From Ascidiella aspersa (lineage: Eukaryota): 64,000 nt of DNA. Under the pieces are notes generated by a model. That model saw only the letters and a list, made by a program, of their open reading frames with translations, had not been told where the DNA came from and did no database searches. A program made the position numbers and the translations under genes. The stretch is taken from contig OZ004613.1 of the NCBI GenBank assembly GCA_963924565.1, forward strand, positions 24,800,001-24,864,000. The letters run 5' to 3'. Numbering within the stretch: the stretch's first letter is position 1; each line of letters starts with the position of its first letter. Positions 1 through 11,184 of this stretch are shown here, piece by piece.

Positions 1-54
1 GTTGGTCACCCAACAACTGCGCCTGAAGCACCAGGAAGGGTTTTATAGTTTCAT

Positions 55-200
55 ATATTAGGGACTTCCAACCTTTGAGACTAAAAACGTTATTTTGTCC
101 GTCTTAATCCGATTTATTTTGGATTTATTTCGACATGTTTTTTCCTTTTGCTCGCGGCGCACCTAGCAGCCTTCCGCGGCGCACCGGTTGAGAAACGCTG
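55..200. mobile_element. Partial hAT MITE, same family as 27157-27489
   Basis: Shared right end cgcggcgcaccggttgagaaacgctg. Confidence 0.65.
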
Positions 201-651
201 GGCTAGGGACACCAAACTTTTTTTCACGAAGGGCCAGATAATTGTAATTCCTGACCTTCATGGGCGGATAATTTGATAGGACTTACGATCGTGGACCGAT
301 TATTACATTTTATGTCCAAGTTTATTAGCTTAATTACCACTTGGTGAAGGAAATAAACTATATATATGCAATAAAAACTGTGGTGAACCTTATTAAATTG
401 TCATAAATTTTTTTTACAATTTTATCAAAACACTTTACGTATTACAGTCCTTTATCTTGTGATTTTTTTGTTTTAAACACTTCCTAAAATTTCTGAACGG
501 TGTCAAAGTCCTGAAAATAGTACCCTTTTGCCATAACTGATTAGTACTGCCTAGTAGTCGAAGTTTACTCGGTGAAACTGTAAAACGTAGATACTTACGC
601 TTACCTATTTTCACAATAATATTTTGTCTGTACTGTCAAACCTATGCCTAA

Positions 652-922
652 AGGCCCGTTTACACTACAGCTGCACTGAGCGGACGTGAAGTTGTTTTCA
701 CTACAGCTGCAGTGAGCTGCACTGGGCGTAAAAATCGCCCCAAAACGGAACGTGTTTCAATAGCTGCACTGAGGGCTTGAGTTTAGCAAAGCGTAACTTT
801 AAGCTAGCTGCAGCTGCTGCACGGGGCTTGAGTTTAGCAAAGCGTGAAACGCTCGCCACAATAGAATTTAAATGCAAATTACGCTTTGCTCAGCTCAGTG
901 CAGCTGTAGTGTAAACGGGCCT
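652..922. mobile_element. MITE, PIF/Harbinger-like
   Basis: TIR AGGCCCGTTTACACTACAGCTGCACTGAGC; TAA/TTA flanks; absent from the homologous site near 39980. Confidence 0.8.
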
Positions 923-983
923 TTAATCCACAATGTCAGTCCTCACATCAAGCTAAAAGTTTACTTGATTTCTAAGCGCAAAC

Positions 984-1889
984 CAGGGCTCTCACAAATG
1001 AAAACCAGAAAATCCCTAGATAGCATGAAAAATCCCTAAATCATAATTAGCGTCTAGCGCAGTGGTTCTCAACCTTTTTTCTTTAGTGGCCCATTTTGGT
1101 TGCACAAAAATGTTATGAAAAAAAAACTGCAAAATAGGTTTAGAACAAAAAACAGCAGATCATGTTTCAAAACAGATTATTTCTTTCACCGTGCATTAGT
1201 AAGATACTTATTGCTGAACAATAAATTTACATTCCTTCTCAATTCCCCCCAACCCAAGCAATAATTCCTGTAAAATTAAGTATAATGACAAATGAAACTA
1301 AATTCTTCGGTAAATCTAGCTTATTTGAATTGATCTGTTGCCCACCTCAAAATGTTCCCATGGCCCACCGGCCACCAGTGAGTCATGGCCCACTGGTTAA
1401 GAACCGCTGGTCTAGCGCGTTATACTAATACGTTATCACATTACCTCAAGGATGGATAGTAGGGGTAATGACAAACGGATTAACCTGGTTTACATGCTAA
1501 AAGCGAGCTGTAGATATTACCATAAAATTATATCTTTTACCTGACTACATTCGGAAAATTTAATTTACTGAGTTATTAGTATAGTGCATAATGTACAATA
1601 ACGCAATAATTTCTTGCAGAAACACACGTTTTAAATAGGCTAAGCAGTTTCAGTTACTCTTTAAAATTTCAAATAAATTTCCAAATTAACAGAAACAAGT
1701 ATGGCTAGCATATTCTAAACCTGTTTTTTTCGAAATTGAAACTTATTTAACATTTACTAGTTAACAAATTATAGAATACGATTTACAAGAAATTGCAAAT
1801 AATCCCTAGAACATCAAAACCCCTAGATTAGTTCCCCTAAGGGACCAAAAGTTGTAAGTTGGAACTAATACCTAAAAGTGAGAGCACTG
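984..1889. mobile_element. hAT non-autonomous element
   Basis: TIR CAGGGCTCTCAC / GTGAGAGCACTG; 8-bp TSD GCGCAAAC; empty site near 40030. Confidence 0.9.
1060..1409. mobile_element. hAT (Charlie-like) MITE nested in the previous element
   Basis: TIR CAGTGGTTCTCAACC / GGTTAAGAACCGCTG; TSD GTCTAGCG. Confidence 0.9.
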
Positions 1890-4059
1890 GCGCAAACTAT
1901 AAAACTTCTTTAAGCTACAATCTACTTGAAAAAACACAATCCCAATCAACTGTTATTACGTAGTATAATGCATTGTTACAATCTGGCCAAGTTTTTCACT
2001 CATCCGTCAAAATGAAAGAATTACACTTTTAAAAACTAAAATAACAAAAACTTATTTTAGTTAAGTACAAACATTGATACCATCTTTTTTGTCATGATTT
2101 ATTAAGCTAATGCCTGCAATTAAGTTAGTATAAAAGTCAAGCAATAGCCCAATACAGCGGTTCCTAACCGGCGGGGAGGGGGGGGGGGGGGGTTCTCTAC
2201 TACATTATTTAACTTTTTTCAGTAATTTTTTGGTTTATTTCAGTTGGGCACCACTCCAACAGCTGTACAAACTCTGTTTTTTTGCCAACTTTCACATTAA
2301 AACTGCAAAAAAATTTCGTGTATATAACAGCCCGATTTAATTACATTTTTGCTAACTTATAGTTAAACGATAAAAGTAATCCCACTTTCGAACTATTTTT
2401 ATCCATGTTTGATAAATGATAACAGGCTAGCAACAGGGGAACTTTTTTGCGCGAATCTATAATGGCTTTGCAACATTTCCGTTGTATTGTGTGTCGTCAC
2501 ATCTTTTGAAAAACGATAACACAATGTTTAATTTTTGCGCTTGACATTTTTATTTGCGCTCGACATCATAGCCTTACAACTGTGGAGTATATGCTCTCAC
2601 AACACGTGTGTCAAAATAATCTCGATAAAAATCAAAGTGGAGAGCACGAGCAATTTGTTGTGAGCCCAATGCAAAAAGTCTCCTAATTTACAGTTTAGCA
2701 AATTTAACCAAACGAAACTTTAATTGTTTTCGCGCTTCGCGCAACCTACAATACACTTCAATGTGTCCAAGTTGTTTCAGTGATATTCAATTTAAATGCC
2801 GACCTGCTTTTTTTAGGGTGGCGCAAGACATAGGAAGATTACCAAAAAAGGCGCGGCTGATAAAAGGCGCGGCTGAAAAAAGGTCCGAAAACCGACCAGG
2901 CAAAGTAATTTCCAGCAAAACTCATATTATGCCAAATTGTCAATGTTATAATGATTTTACATTTAACTGAAAAACAGATTTCGAGTTTGTATGGATATAT
3001 TTAAATGCCGTTTTGGTGCCATGTCTCCCGCCTTGCCTACGATTTTAAATTATTCATATTTTTAGACAAAATTATTGATTTTAATTGCGTGTTGCGCAGT
3101 AATTTATTTTATGATCCTTCTTTTTGTTGTATTGGCCTTGAACGTCGTTTCCGACCGTTCTCCTGGTCATACGCCAGATTAAAACTTTGTTAATTAGTAA
3201 CCTGGGTCCTGGGTGCTAAGGTCTCTACAAGGTGGCGCGAACCCAGAATGCTTAGGAATCGCTGATGTAGATTTTACGTTATACTTAAAAACGACACATC
3301 TGTAAGAAACTCATTTATACCAATATGGTTTATTAAAGATGACGCAAAACAATCTGTAGAATGGCACATACAAGGTGATAAAATAATGTCGGCACCTTTC
3401 GGAAGCAGAAAGCCAAAGCCACAAGAAATCACGTCTTAAACTGCAAAGGAGGTAGGCAAAAGACAAAGATGGACTCGAATGTAACAGCGCTGATTCACAA
3501 ATCTAAATCATTAGACTTTTTTTGTCTCACAGGTCAACTTTGTGGTTGCAATGTCCACTTTGAAATCATTACCACGTCAAATTCGGGATGTACTACAGTA
3601 CGTGGTGGGTTCAATGAGCCTACAAGAATGCTCCAACCCTCATATCAACCTTAATCCATTGGTTAATCAAAATTTTTAATTATTCCCACCCCAATAATTG
3701 ATGACTCTTGTACTCTCATACATTTTTATCTTTTTTTTAAGGTATTGAGTCGAATGCCTTAGTTTGAAGTTATGTGTTTTATTTAAAATTTTATTATAAA
3801 TTTGAACTCTTTTATCTCAAGTTTTGGACTTAAAACGATTAGATTGTTGCATGAGGTTTTTTGGTATTTTTAGTTTAAAATTGCTTATTTAGACGACAAT
3901 TTTATTGGTTTAAAGTTTTATAATAATGATATATAAGTGGTTATAGGGGATGCCTTGCTTAATGACTTGGCTGACTCGGGCAATTTGATTTGACTTTGAC
4001 CAACCCGATTTAAAGCCTAAAGTCATCCTTAGGTAAACTGCTAAACCAACCAATGCCGT

Positions 4060-5850
4060 TAACTGTAGCATATTACTAAATCAACCCCTAATCGAACCTT
4101 TAACCCTAAATGAACTAATAATATTAAAAAACGAAAAACCTCAAACCACCTCTAGCTTAGCCCACAGTCTTAATCAATTTTAAATCTATAACTAAACCTG
4201 AACACTCCTAACCCAGCCACTGACAAAACCCTGACCAAAGCATGAACTATTCCTTTACCTACTCTAAAATAAATTTTCTCAACCTAAACAGTAATATATA
4301 GTCTACTTTATCTCACCATTTAATCTACCGTTAACCCGAGCAACTTCCTAAATCAAACATTTAGCCTATCCTTAATTGGATTACTCTATAAAACCCCAGC
4401 AAACTTTTAACCCTACCATTGCCTGAAATTTAACTGCCCCCCTAGCACAAACAGCTAACCTAAAAATAAACCGAAAACCCAACCAAATTCCTTATTGCAA
4501 ACCCTTATCTTAACCATATAGCTTAAATGGCTAAAAGTAACCCTACCTCAACCCGGCACCCATTGTTATCCCACCCCACCCCTTACTCTATCATTAAATA
4601 AATTCTGATCTTAATTACAAACTAATTTCTTATCCTATCCCTAACCTGAGCATTGACAACTCACCTAATTTTTAAACCCTAACCGTAAGCCTTACAATTA
4701 ACCTTAACTAAACCCGATAGCGAAATCCCTAACCTAATCATACACTAACTTAAATTTAGTAAATAATCTAATCATTTATCCTTAAATTTAACCCTTATGC
4801 AAAACCCTAAACTAACCTTAACTAAACCCAATAGCGAAACCCCCAATATGATAATAAACTCATGACCTTATCCCTAATGGAAAACCCTAACTAAACAGAT
4901 AGGAAACCCTTAACCTAATAATTATGCCATAATCTTAACCCTTAAGCAAAACTCTAAACTAACCTTAAATAAACCCGATAGCAAAAGCCCTAACCTAACC
5001 CTAGTGCAAAACCCTAAACTAACCCTAACTAAACCCGATAGCAAAAGCCCTAACCTAACCCTTGTGCAAAAGCCCTAACCTAACCCTTGTGCAAAACCCT
5101 AAACTAACCCTAACTAAACCCGATAGCAAAAGCCCTAACATAACCCTTGTGCAAAACCCTAAACTAACCCTAACTAAACCCGATAGCAAAAGCCCTAACC
5201 TAACCCTTGTGCAAAACCCTAAACCAACCCTAACTAAACCCGATAGCAAAAGCCCTAACCTAATAGTCAACCTCTAACCTAACCTTATAAAAACCCTAAA
5301 CCTACCCTTAAACAAATCTGATAGCGAAACCCTAACCTAAACCTTATGAAGACCCTAAACTAACCCCCTAACCTAATAATTAACCCCTAATCTAACCATA
5401 ATAAAAATCCTAAACTAACCTTAAATAAACCCGGTAGCGAAACCCCTAACTTAACACTTAACCCCTTACCTACACCCCTAACCTAATAATTAATCCCTTA
5501 CCTAATCCTTACGAAAACCCTAAACTAAACCTAACTAAACCCCTGAGCGTAACCCCTAACCTAATAATAACCCCCTAACATACCCCCCTAACCTAACCCT
5601 TATGAAAACCCTAAACTAACCCTAACTAAACCCCTGAGCGTAACCCCTAACCTAATAATAAACCCCTAACATACCCCCTAACCTAACCCTTATGAAAACC
5701 CTAAACTAACCCTAACTAAACCCCTGAGCGTAACCCCTAACCTAATAATAAACCCCTAACATACCCCCTAACCTAACCCCCTAACCTAACCCTTATGAAA
5801 ACCCTAAACTAACCCTAACTAAACCCCTGAGCGCCCCTAACCTAGTCCTA
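4060..5850 (+). repeat. CCCTAA-rich minisatellite (includes a 60-bp unit at ~4960-5270)
   Basis: Unit aacctaacccttgtgcaaaaccctaaactaaccctaactaaacccgatagcaaaagccct; strong A/C skew. Confidence 0.9.
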
Positions 5851-8376
5851 AAACTAAACTTTATTCACCAAATTGATATAGTAACCATGCAATTGCAACG
5901 GCCACTTACTGACAAACAGCCCCAACTCCACCACTCACCACAGTCGACATTGCGTGACAGTTAAAGCTACGAATGTAATAAACCTGCCGCAGCACCAAAC
6001 CCCAAACATCCACTTGCCGGCCCCTCTCCAGATTCCACAGCACGTCGAACGGATCAGCTACCTGACGAATGGCATGGTAACAAGGCGTCGGCATTGCATC
6101 TTTGGGAAATAGTCTGACAAAGCTCTTCGGCAAACAAAGAAGCAACATTTCCGGCGGAAGCGACATATCTGGCGAACAGAGCAGCAAGACGATGGAACAA
6201 ATCTTGAGGGTTTAAGCAAAATATCTCGTTGAACAGCTTACTGGCAAACAGCATGGCAAAATGCCAAATGGTGCAGTGACTTGGAAAACGGAATCACGAC
6301 ATGGCAAATTTAAATTAAGCATTTGTTGTTTTTGGAAAATGCCAAATGTTATATGATAGCTATAAGGTAAATGACAACAAGTTGCAGGGCGACGGAGTCG
6401 GAGTCGGGCTTGGGACTCCAGTAAAACTATGTATGGCAAGCCCCAAGGCCACAAACTGTAATTGTACAGGTGAAAAAAAAAGATACTGGAATATTTTTCA
6501 ACCAAGTTTTGTAGGTTGATTATAGATACGCTGTTTTAGACACGTAACGCTATTTTAGACACGTGCCGGACGCGGTGTCCGATGGATTTGATAAATTTGG
6601 ATAAAGTCGGACAGGAATTGTTTTGTTCGACTCCGCAGTCCTGACAAGTTGTTAAATGATAAAGCTATTTTAAAAAACAGTAAAAATGGCGAAGTTCTAA
6701 CAAGTAATTTCAAAACGACTGAAACTCAAGGTATTTGCAAAACTCGCTTTTTTTTGAGTTTTTTTCATAAAACATGACCTTGTCATTCCACAAAGAAATG
6801 TAATAAAATTTTGAAGTAAGTCGCAGTTAGGTAAATAAACACGAAAGACGAACCAAATGGCAAGCAAATTTTTCTGCGTGTAAACGTTGAGCTATAGCAC
6901 AATTTTAAGAAAATATATATTCAATTAAAATATTTATTTTAATGTTGAATCTGCAAATTTATTGCCGGAAATTTGTTTTCGGTCATTTGGTGATTTAGGA
7001 GTGCATGCTTTTTTAATAATTGTTTTTGATTTGGTAATATGTGGATGATTTTTAGGGGTTTAGGGATCTGCGCCTTTTGGATCTTTCAATTGGGGAAAAA
7101 CCTAATATTTAGTATTATTATTACGTTTGGGATCGTGACCAAGGTTTAAGTCTTTATTTTGGAAAGTCGTACATTTAGTTTTATTAAAAATTTACGTATA
7201 ATGGCCTCGTAGGCCTTTTGATATAGTTGGCAAACATATTTTTTGGGGAAAGGTTAGGCGAATTTTCTGGTGGTGAAGTTGCAGGGCTTAGTGGTGATTT
7301 GGTATAGAGGCTGTTAACACTTGTTAAAAAAATGATTTTTGGAGATAAAGAACATTTTTGTGGCATGGCAAGCATAGGATTGGGTTAGGGGAGGAAATAA
7401 TATGGAAAATATAATTTAATCTTTGAGAACATAAATTGGGAAATTTTATTGCAGGATTTACGGGCTATTTATATTAATAATAATTTAAATATTTAAAAGA
7501 CATTTATTAGAGTATGGATCCTTAATGTGACACCTGAGCAGGTTTTTGAAGATTTTTGGAATAAATGTAGGGTTTTTGGCGGAGGGTGAAAACCAAATAT
7601 TGAAATATACACTACATTATAATTTGGATAGTATGAGACAGGATTGAATTGGTGAGGAATATATTGTGGGATATAAATTTGTCAGTTTATTGTGGTAAGA
7701 AAATCAGAATTAACACAGAAAATCGCTGTCCATTTGATTTGTCGCTCTGTAAATTTGATAAAAAAGTTCAATTCTGCTTCGCTCGTTGCCAAAATCCAAA
7801 ATTTTGTTTTTCTTTCGCCATTTTCCTATATGGTAAAAATAATTTGTCCGACATTACAAAAATTTACTTCCATGTTATTCTGTAAGTCAATTTACCAAGC
7901 AGCTATCATATGTTAAAATGCTAGTTTACTATGGCGTCATTCCATTAGTCAAGATACTGTGTCATTCGAAATGTCACCATGTTGTTTGCCAATTAGCAGT
8001 CTACTCGACATTTTACTCGAATCCTAAAGATTCTGTTCCATTCGCCATGTTGCTGCTTTGCTCGCCAGGTGAAGTCGCTCCCACTGGATTTGTTGCTTCT
8101 GTATTTGCCAATGTAGCTTTGCCCCCAAAGATGCAATACCGATCGCCTTGTAACCATGACAAACGACAAGCAGCTATCCGTTCGATATGCTGTGAAAAAA
8201 GGAAAGGTGCCTTGACAAGCAGACGTTCGAGATCCAGTGCCCGCAGATCTAAAACAAACGCAGCCCTAACGCCACGCAATATCTTCCATGGTTCGTGGCA
8301 AAGTTAGGACTGCTCGCCAGTTAATGACCGCTTTAATCGCACGATTACTGTCAATTTAATGAACAAAGTCTAGTTT
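5851..8376 (-). ncRNA. Candidate long-hairpin RNA, inner stem, copy A
   Basis: Arms 5851-6360 and 7896-8376 are diverged inverted repeats with G-U-biased mismatches on the minus strand; putative intron 7895-6360; 1-2 nt indels argue against coding. Confidence 0.55.
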
Positions 8377-8389
8377 CTGGGTTGGGTGA

Positions 8390-10150
8390 CCCTAACCTAA
8401 CACCCCCTCCCCATATCCCAAGCCCTAACCCTAAACCAACCCCTAATCAAACCCCGAGACTAATCCCCAACTTAACCCTAAAACAAGCCCCTAACCTAAC
8501 TTAACCTAAACCCTAACCCAACCTTTAACCCAACCCCTAACCCAACCCCTAACCCAACCCCTAACCCACCCCCTAACCCACCCCTAACCCACCCCCTAAC
8601 CCACCCCTAACCCACCCCCTAACCAAACCCTTTACCCAACCTATAATACAACCCCTAAACAAACTTCTAACCCACCCCTAACCAACCCTTCACCCAACCC
8701 ATAGTGCAACCCCTAACCCTCCCTCTAACCCACCCCTAATCCTAGTCTAAACCTAACCCATAATACAACCCCTAACCCAACTTTTAACCCACCCCTAATC
8801 CTAGTCTAAACCTAACCCATAATACAACCCCTAACCCTACTTGTAACCCACCCCTAATCCTAGTCTAAACCTAACCCATAATAGAACCCCCAAGCCCACT
8901 TGTAACCCACCCCTAATCCTAGTCTAAACCTAACCCATAATACAACCCCTAACCCACTTGTAACCCACCCCTAATCCTAGTCTAAACCTAACCCATAATA
9001 GAACCCCCAACCCCACTTGTAACCCACCCCTAATCCTAGTCTAAACCTAACCCATAATACAACCCCTAACCAACTTCTAACCCACCCCTAATCCTAGTCT
9101 AAACCTAACCCATAATAGAACCCCCAACCCCACTTGTAACCCACCCCTAATCCTAGTCTAAACCTAACCCATAATACAACCCCTAACCCCACTTGTAACC
9201 CACCCCTAATCCTAGACTAAACCTAACCCATAATACAACCCCTAACCCAACTTCTAACCCACCCCCAATCCTAGTCTAAACCTAACCCATAATACAACCC
9301 CTAACCCCACTTGTAACCCACCCATAATCCTAGTCTAAACCTAACCCATAATAGAACCCTTAACCCAACTTCTAACCCACACTTAACCCTAGTCTGAACG
9401 AACCCGTAATACAACTCCTAACCCCACTTGTAACCCACCCCTAATCCTAGTTATAACCTAACCCATTTTACAACCCCTAACCCAACTTCTAACCCACAAT
9501 TAATCCTAGTCTAAACGAACCCGTAATACAACCCCTAACCCCACTTCTATCTTACCCCTAATCCTAGTTTTAACCTGACCCATTTTGCAACCCCTAACCC
9601 AACTTCTAACCCACTATTAATAAAACCTAACCCATAACACAAATCCCTAACTTAATTTTACCCGTAATCTTTAACACAAACACAAACTATATTTTAACCT
9701 TAACCCTTAACACAAACCCTAAATAAATTTTAATCCGTAAAACAAACTCAATTTAATTTAAACCTAACCCACACTACAACCCCCAACCCAACTTCTGACC
9801 CACACTTAAAAAAACCTAACCCATAACACAAACCCCTAACTAAATGTTTACCTTGTAACCTTTAACATTAACCCTAACTAAATTTTACCTCTAACCCTTA
9901 ACACAAACCCTAAATAAATTTTAATTTTTAAAACACAAACCCTAATTAAATTTAATTTAATCCTCAACACAAACCCTAACAAAATTTAAACCTTGTAACC
10001 TTTAACACAAACCCTAACTAAATTTTAACCTTGTAACCTTTAACACAAAGCTTAACTAAATTTTAACCCTAACCTTTAACACATACTTTAAATCACTTTT
10101 TATGAACTTGAAACCCTAACAAATTTTTACCCCACAATATTTCAAACCCA
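8390..10150 (+). repeat. CCCTAA-rich minisatellite (~59-bp unit at ~8740-9600)
   Basis: Unit aatcctagtctaaacctaacccataatacaacccctaaccccacttgtaacccacccct. Confidence 0.9.
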
Positions 10151-10969
10151 ATCCAAATATAACCTCTAAAATTGACAATAAATTTCTGAGCTAAAGTCCA
10201 AGGTTTAGTGGTTGGTTTAGCAATTTGTATAGGGATGCTTATTGTTAATTAGCAAACCCAATGCCCAATTCAACCCATATATTTCAACCCTTATACCAGC
10301 CCACACTAAACAAAGTTCCCACATAACCACTAAACCATATCAAAATGTACTTCTAACTCGTCCCTCCACTTCGAGCACTTCCATGGATCCCTTGGGGTAC
10401 GTGGGCTAGTTTTAGGGCCCCAAGAAGGCCTACTCAATTTTTTAGGTTGTTCAATTTTTAAATGGACAATTTTATTTTAAAAAGAGTTTAATTAAAACAA
10501 ACGTTTTGGGCCTTCTCCTTATAATGTATTTAGACTTAATTTAGGTTTGACATTTGTTGGACTGAGCCTACACCCTTCGTTACCCCCCATAATTCCGGAC
10601 TAAGCTTTGGAAACCCCGAATGCCAACCCCAGTAGCACACAGTTTACCTTATCTCTCAAGTTAAAGTACGCCTTGAACCCACAGATATAGCAATCCATTT
10701 GAGGCTGGATCCCCTGAAGCTGGATGAAAGGTTGCGAACGAAAGGCAACGCTGCTATTTCTCTAATGATTAAGTCTGTTTATCAGCACTGTTACATTAGA
10801 AGGCACCTTTGTCTTTGTGTACTTCCGATTACAGGCCAAAAGTGAAGTCTTGTCGGGGTTGCCTTTCTTATTCCCGACACAGCCTGCAAACATAGTCAGA
10901 ATTACTAGCGTGTTTGCTAAAACATTTTTTGGGAATAATGATTTAAAATGTTCGACAAAATCGTTAACC

Positions 10970-10975
10970 TTTATT
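10970..10975 (-). promoter_or_regulatory. Candidate polyadenylation signal AATAAA for gene copy A
   Basis: Minus-strand AATAAA ~210 nt after the stop codon; also present in copy B near 50833. Confidence 0.4.
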
Positions 10976-11184
10976 GTGCATTGAAGTCGTGAAATTGTGC
11001 ATACGTTACTAGAGGAAACTTTTTGTTTGTTCAATATATGACACTTCCGTCAAGCCTTAGGGGCCCGCCCGCAATTGTGTTGTGTTGGCCTTGGCTTGTT
11101 TGTTTAATGAACGACATACACCCAGTACACTATACAGCATTGGCTGACATAATACTTTATCATACTTTTTGTAGTTTTTACCAT

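Larger units (their letters stand above)
3310..10960. repeat. Nested imperfect inverted repeat (fold-back), copy A
   Basis: Outer arms ~3390-4060 vs ~10200-10880; for example revcomp of 3448-3515 TCTAATGATTTAGATTTGTGAATCAGCGCTGTTACATTCGAG matches 10761 TCTAATGATTAAGTCTGTTTATCAGCACTGTTACATTAGAA. Inner arms as above. Confidence 0.8.

Noticed and set aside
2155-3264. Possible hAT element CAGCGGTTCCTAA...TTAGGAATCGCTG
   Set aside because: TIR-like ends but no matching TSD, so boundaries are unsupported.
5055-5277. Repetitive ORFs on both strands
   Set aside because: By-product of a 60-bp minisatellite; not kept in copy B.
7649-8307. ORFs in the hairpin arm, conserved between copies
   Set aside because: Conservation reflects recent duplication; frames are not shared with the homologous arm and no domain is recognisable.
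8390-10150. True telomere or CRISPR-like array
   Set aside because: Degenerate higher-order units, interstitial position, no unique spacers, eukaryotic context.
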